A DNA stretch of 64,000 bases. Source: Candidatus Bathyarchaeia archaeon (GTDB lineage Archaea; Thermoproteota; Bathyarchaeia; 40CM-2-53-6). Under the pieces are notes generated by a model. It saw nothing but the letters and a program-made list of their open reading frames with translations, had not been told where the DNA came from and did no database searches. The stretch covers positions 270,632 to 334,631 of the forward strand of contig DASYWW010000062.1 in assembly GCA_035935655.1 (NCBI GenBank), in the 5' to 3' direction. A program made the translations under genes and the position numbers. Shown here one piece after another: positions 1 to 9,693 of the stretch (its first letter is position 1; every line of letters begins with the position of its first letter).

Positions 1-543
1 ACCACAATCGTTTCACGTCCAGTTTAACAGTTTGACCCTTCTGGTGTGGGCTCCGAGTTCCAGATCGGTAAGTGGGGCTGGAAGCTACAAGCCCTAGGCC
101 CTTAGGCAAAAGTGAGTCGATAAAGTCGGAGATGGCTTCTCTCCGCGAGAGAGGTTGGAGCTGGAGTTCGGATCTACATTTGTCTCAGCGCAATATTCTC
201 CAGCGTAGGCGTCATCGCATTCCTCATCGGGTTCTTGGCCCAGATTGGATTGCCTGCCGGTTGGGGGTGTGTTACAGACTGTGGGTGCGTCATTTTTCTT
301 CCTTAGACCGAAGAAGAATCCCTTGATGGGTAAGCAAAGACCACTTCGCCTGACCGATTCCTCTACTATTCCCCTCTCTTTGGTAGTAGAACATTTCTTC
401 TAACATGCTGGAAATTTCTATCGAAAGGTAGACTCGACGCATATAACTGCCATAGAGTTTTTTCCGCGAGAAAAGTAGGCGACGATTATATTCAAGAGAC
501 ATAGCTGAAACTAAACTGGAGCAAAGTCTGGAGGGTTAAGGGT

Positions 544-1485
544 TTGTCGGTTGCGGGAACGATTCTAGAACGAAAGAGAGGCCCCGAAACCTTCTCGCCC
601 GGATCGGTAGAACGGCTTGAGCTGTCCGAAGTGATCGATCTTTACAAGTCCGTGGGTCGGAGAAACATTGACTATTTCGCATGGATTCACGATGTCTACT
701 CTTGGATTACTTTGCCCTGCGTAGCTTTCGATTGGAAGCGCGCTCTGAGCGAAGATAAGACGAAGCTAACGGTCTTTGATATTCTCGCGGATGATCTCGC
801 GGATAATCGTTCGACGAGAAGCTATTCTCTACTCCAAGACCTCACGGAGATTCCGTGGAAGGAGAAGGCTCGGACCGGCGAAACTAGCGAATACCTTGAT
901 GTAGGACGAAGGATATGGGAAGATTCGCTTTCTTCGGTATCTTGCTACCCCAGGTTCAAAGAGTTCGAGAGGATCTTCTACTTCGATCTTCGGCAGGTTC
1001 TTTCCTCCATGATGTACAGCTATCTCGCGAATACCGAAAGAATTGAGAACCCGATAGAGACGAGCTTCTATTCTTCTTACGGATGTCTCGTGGAGGTTGC
1101 TATTGATATGGACCTGATGTGTTCACCGGCCTTCGACATGAAGGAACTTGGGCTAGTCCGAACGGTTGCGTGCCTGGCTCAGAAGGTCGCCCATGTAGGC
1201 AATATGATGACAACCTATCCCAGTGAAGTTCTGGAGAGCGATGTCTCATCTCCAATAATCTCTCTCGCTTTGAGGAAAGGGCTCATCCGACAAGAAGAGC
1301 TTGGCGACGCGTCAGCTGTTCCTAAGCTCAGCAAGCTGGAATGGGTCTTCAAGAGTCGAGCTCACTCTTACATTCAGAAAGTTGCTGAATGCGAGAAAGA
1401 GATTCGCAGCGTTAATCTCCGAGGTTTTTCAGATTTCCTCACTGAGCTTATCAGCAAGTTCGAGGGCAGCAGATCCCTCCGCTAA
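544..1485 (+). CDS. class I terpene synthase-like protein
   Basis: 313-aa ORF with a TTG start. It has an Asp-rich motif D83-D-L-A-D87 (DDxxD) and N220-x3-T224-x3-E228 (NSE/DTE-type) 137 residues apart, the spacing typical of bacterial class I terpene cyclases. No other family signature recognised. Confidence 0.5.
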   Translation: MSVAGTILERKRGPETFSPGSVERLELSEVIDLYKSVGRRNIDYFAWIHDVYSWITLPCVAFDWKRALSEDKTKLTVFDILADDLADNRSTRSYSLLQDLTEIPWKEKARTGETSEYLDVGRRIWEDSLSSVSCYPRFKEFERIFYFDLRQVLSSMMYSYLANTERIENPIETSFYSSYGCLVEVAIDMDLMCSPAFDMKELGLVRTVACLAQKVAHVGNMMTTYPSEVLESDVSSPIISLALRKGLIRQEELGDASAVPKLSKLEWVFKSRAHSYIQKVAECEKEIRSVNLRGFSDFLTELISKFEGSRSLR

Positions 1486-1529
1486 TCCTCCTTCCCGGCG
1501 GGAAAGCCCTGGTCGATAAGAAATTGCTA

Positions 1530-3362
1530 TCATGCCGAAAGGGTAAGCTTCCGTCTGACTTCGGGGATTCGAGTACCCTGTCTCGAAATCAACTCTAGGT
1601 CGAAGAGATTCTCGAACATCGACACGGCCTTCATGTCGTGTGCTGGGTAGTTTAGCAGAAAGACTCCTGTAATCCTGTTTGAGGCCATTAGCTCTAGGGC
1701 TTGGCGAACAAATGAATGTGCTCTCTCGGTTCCAAGTGTAAAGATCTGGTGCGAGACATTATCGAAGATCATGGTGAAGGGTGTTGAGGCGTAGGCTTCG
1801 ATCGTCTTGTTCATCGAGTCGAGAATAAGTGAGCTGTCGAAAGCCGGTATGAGAACCACGTTTTCGCTCTCCTCCTTCGGATACGACACCCTAGAGGTTA
1901 GCACGAACATCTTCAGTCCTGGTTCATCTTCCATAGTTGAATGAATCGGGCTATCCTTTCTCGTGAATAGAATTACGCGCTCGAAATTGGACGCGGCTTC
2001 GGTGGCCAACGATTTGAGTATTTTCTCGTAGCCAGAGAGCGGGTCGTATTCTAGTAGGATTTTCCGTCCAGCGATTTCGTCATGAGACAGTCCAACCGTG
2101 CGAGAGAATACGTCGCTCGACTCAGTCAGGTCAATGACGGGTAGCTTCGATTTCAAGAGGCTTAGGGTTGACTGCTCATTCTCGAAGGCACTCTCGACAA
2201 AGGTCATCATCACTTGAGCATAATGGTCTGGAGTAGCCCATCTGGGGTCTGCGATGTGGTTTACGAACTTCTGTAGCGGACGTTTGATTCTGTCGCCGTA
2301 GTCTATGACTATCCTTAGCCCATTCTTGCCCAAAGCTCTAGTCTCAATCGCCAGTTCTTGGCATTGCGCGATTGCTGCTTCTTCATCGAGAAGGTTTTCG
2401 CCTTGGTAAAGGCTGTCAAGAGACGGCAATCGGAGGTTTCCTTTGGTCAGGTTGTGCTTTACATCGACCCCGTTTCTTGATAGCTCATCCCGTGCTGCTC
2501 CCTCGTCATTGGAGTGAAAGTAGAGGACTCGGTCTTGCTGGTTGACCCCCTCGTTAACAAACCGTGCTATGGGGGTCATTTTCGCCTCGTTTTTTTCGTA
2601 GATTAGGACGATTTGGTCACCTCTCATCACACCTGGGTTTGGTCCTAAGGAGGGGACTAGTCCGAGGAATGCTCGCAAGAAAGTCGGTCTCTTGAAGGCT
2701 GTTACTGCTGCGAGAAGAAGAATAACGCAGGCAAAATGCACTACGCCTAGCAAGCTGTACCCAAAACTCGCAGAGGCGTATCCAAACAGCAACAATGCTG
2801 AGACCGCTGCGAAACATCTCGCGATTACCCTCAACGCACCTCTAACCTCGCGGTCCCTCAGTTGCGATCTAAGTCGAGATAGGACAACGAATGAGTAGAG
2901 AGTGAAGGACGAAATTACGATCGCGGCGATGGTCAGTAGGAAAGAACCCAGACCGACCGCTCGATAGGTCGTGTTGTCAAGCACATAGAATGCTTGACGG
3001 TTAGCCCTCGGATCTATAGATGGGGCATCTACAATTGTCAGTATGACCAAGAAGACCATCGGAACAAGGTAGAGAAGGAAAGCAAGATGTATTGGCTTTC
3101 GAGGGTTGGCAAGTGCCGAACGCAGAGAGAATTTCTCAGGATAGAAGTATAGCTTGGTTACCAATAATCCCCATAATGTGGCGATGATGGCTGCGGCGGC
3201 CGCGAAAGATTGAGTGGTAAGTCTAATCAGATCTTCGTTGGGGTAAAATATCAACACTAGTTGTGAAATGGGAAATGCGTTGAAGAAGGAGTAGATAGCT
3301 AGGAAGTAGGTCTTGTAGGGTCGGAAGTAAGAAAGAGGCTCTTTGATGATAACGAGAATCAT
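1530..3362 (-). CDS. membrane-anchored sensor-like protein (about six N-terminal TM helices plus MEDS-like and Walker-A-less KaiC/RecA-like cytoplasmic domains)
   Basis: 610-aa ORF. The first ~230 aa form about six long hydrophobic helices. The remainder resembles MEDS/KaiC-type alpha/beta domains (..DRVLYFHSNDEG.., ..RVILFTRKDSP.., ..MIFDNVSH..) but has no GxxGxGK[ST]. Confidence 0.45.
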   Translation of the reverse strand: MILVIIKEPLSYFRPYKTYFLAIYSFFNAFPISQLVLIFYPNEDLIRLTTQSFAAAAAIIATLWGLLVTKLYFYPEKFSLRSALANPRKPIHLAFLLYLVPMVFLVILTIVDAPSIDPRANRQAFYVLDNTTYRAVGLGSFLLTIAAIVISSFTLYSFVVLSRLRSQLRDREVRGALRVIARCFAAVSALLLFGYASASFGYSLLGVVHFACVILLLAAVTAFKRPTFLRAFLGLVPSLGPNPGVMRGDQIVLIYEKNEAKMTPIARFVNEGVNQQDRVLYFHSNDEGAARDELSRNGVDVKHNLTKGNLRLPSLDSLYQGENLLDEEAAIAQCQELAIETRALGKNGLRIVIDYGDRIKRPLQKFVNHIADPRWATPDHYAQVMMTFVESAFENEQSTLSLLKSKLPVIDLTESSDVFSRTVGLSHDEIAGRKILLEYDPLSGYEKILKSLATEAASNFERVILFTRKDSPIHSTMEDEPGLKMFVLTSRVSYPKEESENVVLIPAFDSSLILDSMNKTIEAYASTPFTMIFDNVSHQIFTLGTERAHSFVRQALELMASNRITGVFLLNYPAHDMKAVSMFENLFDLELISRQGTRIPEVRRKLTLSA

Positions 3363-3552
3363 CAGAGCGTCTACTATGATTGTTCCGATGTTTAGGGTCG
3401 CGGCTACGTAAGGTTCCGTTTTTTTTCAGCCCTCTAGGCTTGACCTACGCCAGCATGTACGCTGGCTCAACACCCTCCTGTTGCAGATGCCTAGGCGAGG
3501 GCCGATCTGGGTTTAGACTCGTGTTACCAGAGAAGAACTTGTGCAGTGACTG

Positions 3553-4494
3553 TTAGGCAACATCTGGGAGACCGAGAGACTTCGCTGCCGCTTTCAGGTC
3601 TCTCATTCTGCTTCTAATGGTCACTTCTGAGACCCCTGCCGCTTTTGCAAGGTCTCTCTGCATCACCATCGAACCGCGTATTCTAGCAGCAAGGTCAAGT
3701 GCTGCTGCCGCCAATCCGTCAGGGTCTTTGCCGACGTTCACTCTCAGTCGGATTGCCTCTCGGAGAATCTTTCCTGCCAACATTTCTGTTTGAGAGTCTG
3801 CCCCTGCACGAGACGCTATTTTCGAGACCCGTTTCAATGGGTCTTCAATAGCCATGGTCACGTCGAGAGACCGGACTAAAGCTCTGTAATAGTGGGCTAG
3901 GAGTTTTCTGCTCATTCCTGATGCTTTTGCGATCTCGCTCAAAGAGCGAGGGACGTCGGTCAATCGACAGGCTGCGTAGGTCGAGGCTGCGACCATTCCG
4001 TTTATCGGTCGGCCTCTGACGAGGCCTTTGTTGAGCGCTCTCCTGTACATCAGCGCTGCACGCTCGGTGACTACTTCCGGAAGGTTCAGTCGTCCGGCTA
4101 GTCCCCGGAGCTGACTCATCGCCCTGGACAGGTTTCGCGCAGTTGACGATCCGGCGGACGCGCGGAGCTGTGTCCTTCGGAGTCGCCAGAGCTGGAGTCT
4201 CTCGTCTGCGCTGAGCGATCGGTTGGAGGCTTGTGCTCTGGAAATGATCGTGGAGAGGTTCTTGTCAAAAGCTGAGAATCTTCCTGGTGGTCCTGACTGG
4301 CTTTCAAGGAGTCCCTCCTCGGTTCTCCTAGGAACCGGCGCCGCATACTGTTCTGCGGGGTCGGATAGGACGAAACCGCAGTTGGTGCAAATAACCTCGC
4401 CCGTCTCGGCATCTCGGACGAGGCTCGGACTGCCGCAATTGGGACAGACGTAGTGTCCGACTTCGTCTCGGGGTCGTGTCTTCCTCCGGCTCAT
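3553..4494 (-). CDS. tfb: transcription initiation factor B (TFB/TFIIB)
   Basis: N-terminal Zn ribbon (CPNCGS..CTNCG) followed by two cyclin-fold repeats. The ORF is open to a TTG at 4587, but the ATG at 4494 gives the usual ~310 aa. A TATA-like CTATATGA lies on the minus strand near 4600. Confidence 0.9.
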   Translation of the reverse strand: MSRRKTRPRDEVGHYVCPNCGSPSLVRDAETGEVICTNCGFVLSDPAEQYAAPVPRRTEEGLLESQSGPPGRFSAFDKNLSTIISRAQASNRSLSADERLQLWRLRRTQLRASAGSSTARNLSRAMSQLRGLAGRLNLPEVVTERAALMYRRALNKGLVRGRPINGMVAASTYAACRLTDVPRSLSEIAKASGMSRKLLAHYYRALVRSLDVTMAIEDPLKRVSKIASRAGADSQTEMLAGKILREAIRLRVNVGKDPDGLAAAALDLAARIRGSMVMQRDLAKAAGVSEVTIRSRMRDLKAAAKSLGLPDVA

Positions 4495-4617
4495 TACAGA
4501 GCCCCCGCCGGGGTAGGTGGTCTGCGGGGTCCGGGCTGGGTTAAGCTGGTTATCCTTTTCCGGTGAGACCGTGGAAGTGCCCGCCAACTGTACTCATATA
4601 GGTGTCGGGGGCCACAA

Positions 4618-4989
4618 ATGAAGCTTGTTACTCTTTTCAAAAAGTCGATGAAAATGCCCCCGGAATACGTCCCTGGCAAGTGCAATATTGGTGCCCGGGG
4701 ACGGGCCATACGACTAGCCACAGGACTTGGGATAATAGCTGTATTCGTAGGCATTGACGCGCTTGCTCTAGGCTCGATGTTCGCCCCTTTTTCGGCTTCC
4801 ACTGTTCGTACCTTTCTACGTCGGCTTGCTGACAGCTCTATAGGGAACGATGTCGTTCTGTGCACTTCATGCCTTCAGGGCACCTATGACCTCCACGAGC
4901 CAATCGGCATGGCCATTGGCAGATCTGAAACCAAATGGAGGTGCGGTCTGACGAGTGGAAGAGGCTGGACCGGCGGAAGGCTAGGGTAA
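4618..4989 (+). CDS. hypothetical small membrane protein (weak DUF2892/YgaP-like N-terminus)
   Basis: 123-aa ORF. The segment ..CNIGARGRAIRLATGLGIIAVF.. resembles the NxG..R..R motif plus helix of DUF2892. It overlaps an antisense ORF, and coding status is uncertain. Confidence 0.25.
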   Translation: MKLVTLFKKSMKMPPEYVPGKCNIGARGRAIRLATGLGIIAVFVGIDALALGSMFAPFSASTVRTFLRRLADSSIGNDVVLCTSCLQGTYDLHEPIGMAIGRSETKWRCGLTSGRGWTGGRLG

Positions 4990-5027
4990 TGTATCTAGCG
5001 GCACTTGGTGCGTTAGTATTGGCGGTG

Positions 5028-6191
5028 CTACTCGCCTTTGCCTAGCTGACCACTTGTCAGCCGCGGCTTTCTCTGCGATCTTTGAGCCGAGAATCGAGAA
5101 AGGTCGAAGCCGGCGTCTCGGTCTAGAACGAGCTCTGCCAACAGCTTACCGATGAGAGGCGCGAACTTGAATCCGTGTCCTGAGAAGCCGTACCCGTAGA
5201 CGACGTTCTGATGATCAGGGTCCCTGTCTATTACGAAGTCAGAATTCTCGGTCATATCATAGAGGCACACTTTTGTCTGGACCACGTCTCCTTGGGCTAG
5301 TTCGGGGACAAATTCTCGGCAGGCATCCCTGCACTGTTCTATTTGTTCTTGGTCAACCGATCTTCTGACTGTTTCAGGATCGACGCGGTCGATGAGTTCT
5401 TTGTTAGAAATCTTGACCCCTTCTATGCCGGCGGCTGGAAGACCATAATGATGATCTGTGAAAAAAACTGGGCAAGAGGACGGCCGGAATCTCTCTAGAC
5501 CGCGAAACGGCTTGAGATAGATGAGTTGTTGTCTTGTCGGAGTGACCCCTGTGAGCTCATCTCTAAGAAAACTCCTAGTCCATGGTCCGACTGTCACGAC
5601 TAACTTCTTGGCTCGGATTGTTTGTCCTTCTGACGTCTCTATTTCCAGGCCGGATTTGTCCCGAAACATGGTGACACGCTTTTCCAGAATCTTCACTCCA
5701 TGGCTGACAGCTTCGGAGGTGAAGGTCTCTAGACTTTTCGACGCTAAGAGAACTCCTCCGTGAGGGTCGAAGATTGCCCTCTCGGCTTGGAACTGAGGAA
5801 AGTGCCTCTTCAGCTCAGGTCCCTCGTAGATGTGGGCGCCAAGCCCTTGTTTGGTCAGCATTCTGAAGCTGGATTCATCGAACTTGTTGGCCTGTTCATC
5901 GTTTCCCTCCAACATTAGCAAACCAGTAGGAATGAGCAACTCATGACCGGTTTCCTTTTCGAGGTCATTCCACAGTCTCAGGCTTTCAACTGCCATTTTT
6001 GTGTAGTATTGGTCATTTCCGTATGCGTAACGGAAAACCCTGTTGACATCGTTGGAGCTGCAATAGTCGTTTCCTACACCGTATCGATCTAGCAGTAGAA
6101 TCCTATCCTTTGTTATCCGGCTGATTGCGTATGCGGTAGCCGCACCCATGACTCCTCCACCAACAATGCAAACATCAGTTTCTAGCTGCAT
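5028..6191 (-). CDS. FAD-dependent oxidoreductase, monomeric sarcosine oxidase / N-methyltryptophan oxidase family
   Basis: N-terminal dinucleotide fold DVCIVGGGVMGAATAY, plus RYAYG, GFSGHGFKF and the Cys in KVCLYD at the position of the flavinylated Cys of MSOX. Confidence 0.8.
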   Translation of the reverse strand: MQLETDVCIVGGGVMGAATAYAISRITKDRILLLDRYGVGNDYCSSNDVNRVFRYAYGNDQYYTKMAVESLRLWNDLEKETGHELLIPTGLLMLEGNDEQANKFDESSFRMLTKQGLGAHIYEGPELKRHFPQFQAERAIFDPHGGVLLASKSLETFTSEAVSHGVKILEKRVTMFRDKSGLEIETSEGQTIRAKKLVVTVGPWTRSFLRDELTGVTPTRQQLIYLKPFRGLERFRPSSCPVFFTDHHYGLPAAGIEGVKISNKELIDRVDPETVRRSVDQEQIEQCRDACREFVPELAQGDVVQTKVCLYDMTENSDFVIDRDPDHQNVVYGYGFSGHGFKFAPLIGKLLAELVLDRDAGFDLSRFSAQRSQRKPRLTSGQLGKGE

Positions 6192-6275
6192 GACCTAACT
6201 TCCGCGATGATACTTTTTGGGAAAGGAGTTTTTGGGAAGAAATCTCTTTTTCCGACGGGGGGAGCGTCGTCCCGG

Positions 6276-6638
6276 CTATTTTTGTTGGACCGACTCGAAC
6301 TCTGCATGATACACGTGTTTTCCGGTTATGAGCAGGTCGAACCGAGAATGGAGCTTTTCGAGGTGAGGATTCTTGGCCACGGTTGCATGGACGTCCTTCA
6401 TGTGGGAAACGTCTTTGAAACGAGCGATCTCGACCCAAAGATCTTCTTCCTCGGACATTCCAATGGCGGGGGGAAGACTCATCGATCCAAACTTTCCCTC
6501 CATCTCCTTCGGTTGAAGAAGCTCCTCGGAGAGTGCGCCTGATTCCAGGAACAATTTCATTATCGGTTTCAAGGCCTGGACGAAAGCCTCCGCTTTCCTC
6601 TTCGGGACCCGATAGAGAAAGACGGAGCAGTAGACCAT
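6276..6638 (-). CDS. small ferredoxin-like-fold protein (DUF1428-like)
   Basis: 120-aa ORF with overall resemblance to DUF1428 proteins (N-terminal ..VFLYRVPKRKAEAF.., C-terminal ..YHAEFE). The assignment is weak. Confidence 0.45.
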   Translation of the reverse strand: MVYCSVFLYRVPKRKAEAFVQALKPIMKLFLESGALSEELLQPKEMEGKFGSMSLPPAIGMSEEEDLWVEIARFKDVSHMKDVHATVAKNPHLEKLHSRFDLLITGKHVYHAEFESVQQK

Positions 6639-6717
6639 CGGCGTCAGCTTCTTCGTGCTGATGGCTTATTTAGACTCCACCCGACACGATCGTGAAGGAA
6701 CCCTTACTAGTATCTGA

Positions 6718-7950
6718 ATGCAAGTTGGCATCATGAGAAAGGGAGCTTCCACTAGAGCTTCAGGCTTCACCGAATCCGTCATCCGCGAGATGACCCGACT
6801 CTGCCAGGCGTATGGGGCAGTAAATCTTGCGCAGGGGTTTCCTGATTTTGACCCTCCTCTCAGCATTAAACGAGCAGCTGCGAACGCGATCTACAATGGA
6901 TTCAATCAATACTCCACTACTCACGGGACATTGAGCCTGAGGAAAGCCATAGCTCGCAAGATGAAAACGTACAATCACATTCCTTGCAGCGAGGACGAGA
7001 TCACTGTCACGTGCGGTACGACTGAGGGGATGATCGCCTCAGAACTAGCGCTGCTGAATCGAGGAGATGAGGTGGTGATCTTCGAACCGTTCTACGAGAA
7101 TTATGGTCCTGACGCCATTCTCTCTGGCGCAAAATGCCGATACGTCACTTTACGTGAGCCAGACTTCAGGATCGAAGAAGAAACCCTCAAACATGCGTTC
7201 AATCGCAAGACCAAAGCGGTAATCATCAACACACCTCACAATCCTACAGGGAAAATTCTGACCCGTCAGGAACTAGGCCTGATCAGCGATCTCTGCCAGG
7301 ACTATGATTCCTACGCCATCACCGACGAAATCTACGAACAGATTCTCTACGATGGACACCAGCACGTGAGCATTGGAAGCCTACCTGCAATGGAGGATCG
7401 AACAATCACCATCTCCGGATTTTCCAAGACTTACAGCGTAACGGGTTGGCGCGTAGGGTATGTGGTTGCGCCAAAGCCCCTTACCTCTGCAATTCGAAAA
7501 GTTCACGACTTTCTCACAGTTTGCGCCCCCACCCCTCTGCAGGAAGCGTGCACGGCCGCGCTCCAGCTGCCAGAGTCCTACTACGAACAACTACGAGAAA
7601 ACTATCGAAAGGGCAGAGAGATGTTAGTTGAGTCGTTGAAGAATGCTGGATTCGGGGTTTTCAAGCCAGAAGGCGCATACTACGTCTGGACCACGACAAA
7701 CAGAACAGGTTTCAAGGACGACCGAAAGTTAGCCTTACATTTGATCACCAAAGTTGGAGTTGGTGGAGTTCCGGGGTCGAGCTTCTTCCACAACCCATCT
7801 CGTGGGAGGCTACGATTCAGGTTCTCCTTCTCGAAGAAGCCAGAAACGATCCGACGAGCAATCAAGAGACTGGAAAAATTCTCGCCCAAACACCCTTTCA
7901 GGCACCCTGAATACAGGGCGACGCGCAGAATTGCCGCTACTGCTCGCTAG
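6718..7950 (+). CDS. PLP-dependent aminotransferase, class I/II (aspartate/kynurenine aminotransferase-like)
   Basis: NTPHNPTG motif and PLP-lysine motif SGFSKTYSVTGWRVGY. 410 aa. Confidence 0.85.
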   Translation: MQVGIMRKGASTRASGFTESVIREMTRLCQAYGAVNLAQGFPDFDPPLSIKRAAANAIYNGFNQYSTTHGTLSLRKAIARKMKTYNHIPCSEDEITVTCGTTEGMIASELALLNRGDEVVIFEPFYENYGPDAILSGAKCRYVTLREPDFRIEEETLKHAFNRKTKAVIINTPHNPTGKILTRQELGLISDLCQDYDSYAITDEIYEQILYDGHQHVSIGSLPAMEDRTITISGFSKTYSVTGWRVGYVVAPKPLTSAIRKVHDFLTVCAPTPLQEACTAALQLPESYYEQLRENYRKGREMLVESLKNAGFGVFKPEGAYYVWTTTNRTGFKDDRKLALHLITKVGVGGVPGSSFFHNPSRGRLRFRFSFSKKPETIRRAIKRLEKFSPKHPFRHPEYRATRRIAATAR

Positions 7951-8030
7951 CCAATGCTACGATTTTTATCTGCTTCAGGTCCGAAGATGTCAGAACATAT
8001 GGAAACGAAGGTAAACAGGAAGCGTCGGAA

Positions 8031-8429
8031 TTGATCAAGGGTCTTCATGCATTACTGTACACGCCTCAGCCCGAAGAGTTGCGAGCGTTCATTCGTGACA
8101 AACTGGGATTCCCTTTCACGGACACAGGTGGAGGCTGGCTAATCTTCGACATGCCAGAAGCCGATCTGGGCTGTCATCCATCGGACAGAGTGTTCCATTC
8201 AGTATCCTTCTATTGTGATGACATCCACAAGACGGTTCAGGAATTGAAAGCTCGCGGCGTTGAATTCACTTCGGGCATCAGCGATGAGGGGTGGGGTTTG
8301 TTGACTCACTTTCGAATGCCTGGCGATGTGCAAGTGGAATTGTACCAGCCCAAGTACAAGAAGCGCCCTCAAAGCAAATCGCCGAAAGCACGTTCGCCTA
8401 ACAGAGGAAAAAAAACCGGTCGAAAATAA
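8031..8429 (+). CDS. VOC/glyoxalase-family protein with basic C-terminal tail
   Basis: 132-aa ORF with a TTG start. Glyoxalase-like pattern (..IKGLHALLY.., ..FHSVSFYCDDIHKTVQELKARGVEF..). Confidence 0.65.
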   Translation: MIKGLHALLYTPQPEELRAFIRDKLGFPFTDTGGGWLIFDMPEADLGCHPSDRVFHSVSFYCDDIHKTVQELKARGVEFTSGISDEGWGLLTHFRMPGDVQVELYQPKYKKRPQSKSPKARSPNRGKKTGRK

Positions 8430-8440
8430 TCAATGCTTGG

Positions 8441-8556
8441 TGGGCCGGGGGAGATTTGAACTCCCGACCCTACGGCCCCATCTACGGGTTTCCGCGTGTA
8501 AGGCGGACGTTCTATCCGGAGAGTCATTGCTCCTAACCAGGCTGAACTACCGGCCC
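8441..8556 (-). tRNA. tRNA-Val(UAC) with two non-canonical introns
   Basis: Minus strand reads GGGCCGG-TA-GTTC-AGCCTGGTTA[~21 nt]GAAC-G-TCCGC-CTTACAC-GCGGA-A[~20 nt]GGTC-GGGAG-TTCAAAT-CTCCC-CCGGCCC-A. Total 116 nt, which is a 75-nt mature tRNA plus 41 nt of insertions in the D loop and the variable region. Confidence 0.8.
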
Positions 8557-8679
8557 AAACCGAGAGCACCCAAACCACGTCCGAGTAGATTACGATTTAG
8601 GTAGAGATTACCTCTCCTCGATCATCAAGGGAGCTTGCACTTTTATACCCGGAACACTCATTTCTCTTTCTGGACATTT

Positions 8680-9606
8680 ATGGCGGGGAAGGAACCATTC
8701 GTCTATATCGATGGTGAATACCACCCCAAGGGCGAAGCCAAAATCTCGGTCTACGATCACGGGCTTCTATACGGAGACGGTGTCTTCGAAGGCATACGCG
8801 CATACAACGGCTCAGTCTTCAGACTGCGCGAACACACAGAACGACTATTCGAGGGCCTACGAGTAATTAGAGTCAACATTTCCCTGACCAAAGAACAAGT
8901 TATGAACGCAATTGTCGAAACTCTGCGACGAAACAACCTGACTGACGCCTACATTCGCCTCGTGGTTACTCGGGGCCGCGGAAACCTTGGACTGGACCCG
9001 AGGAGCTCCCCGAAGCCCACCATCATCATCATTACTGAGCCAGTGCTGCCCGCCCACGGAAAAGAGGCCCGAGAGAGAGGTGTCACCGCCGTCATCTCCA
9101 GCCTGAGACGCGACATGGTCGACGGGACAAGTCACGAAGTCAAGTCCCTTAACTACATACAGAGCGTCCTCTCTAAGTTCCAGGCAATAGATGCAGGTGC
9201 TGAGGAGGTGGTGATGCTCGATCATAGAGGAATGGTTTCCGAGTTCCACGGCTCCAACCTCTTCATCATAAAACAAGGAATAATCCATACACCTACCTCA
9301 GCAGCCGGAATTCTTCATGGAGTCACTAGAGCACGAGTCATGAAACTCGCCGAGGAGCTAGGATACGAGGTGCGAGAGAGAGATGTTACCCCCTATGAAC
9401 TCATGACCGCTGACGAAGTCTTCCTGACCGGAACAATGGCTGAAGTCGTTCCAGTAGTCAAGATTCAAGGAGTGCCGATAGCTGAGGGCAAACCGGGACC
9501 AGTAACCAAGGAGATAATCAGAGGGTTCCAGAGGATAATCCAAGACCCGAAAGAAGGCGTCCCAATTAGAGAGACAATTTCTATTCCCGCCAAAGCCAGA
9601 AACTAA
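8680..9606 (+). CDS. ilvE: branched-chain amino acid aminotransferase (class IV PLP enzyme)
   Basis: ..YGDGVFEGIRAY.., ..NLFIIK.. and ..EVFLTGT.. motifs. The ATG at 8680 gives ~308 aa, although the ORF is open from 8635. Confidence 0.85.
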   Translation: MAGKEPFVYIDGEYHPKGEAKISVYDHGLLYGDGVFEGIRAYNGSVFRLREHTERLFEGLRVIRVNISLTKEQVMNAIVETLRRNNLTDAYIRLVVTRGRGNLGLDPRSSPKPTIIIITEPVLPAHGKEARERGVTAVISSLRRDMVDGTSHEVKSLNYIQSVLSKFQAIDAGAEEVVMLDHRGMVSEFHGSNLFIIKQGIIHTPTSAAGILHGVTRARVMKLAEELGYEVRERDVTPYELMTADEVFLTGTMAEVVPVVKIQGVPIAEGKPGPVTKEIIRGFQRIIQDPKEGVPIRETISIPAKARN

Positions 9607-9693
9607 TAAGCCTTCAATCCGATCACTTCAAGTGAGTACTCGGCGTGTGCCTGCATTAATAGCAGGCTCGAAGCAAGCCCATAACTGCAGTCT

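Noticed and set aside
1-543. ORFs 72..326 (+) and 290..502 (-) at the left edge, and a possible structured RNA.
   Set aside because: Both translations have implausible Arg/Ser-rich, low-complexity composition and no motif. I could not recognise SRP RNA, RNase P RNA or rRNA signatures, so the region is left unannotated.
8326-8604. ORFs 8326..8604 (+) and 8369..8578 (-).
   Set aside because: They overlap tRNA-Val and the tail of the VOC-family gene, and have no protein-like features.
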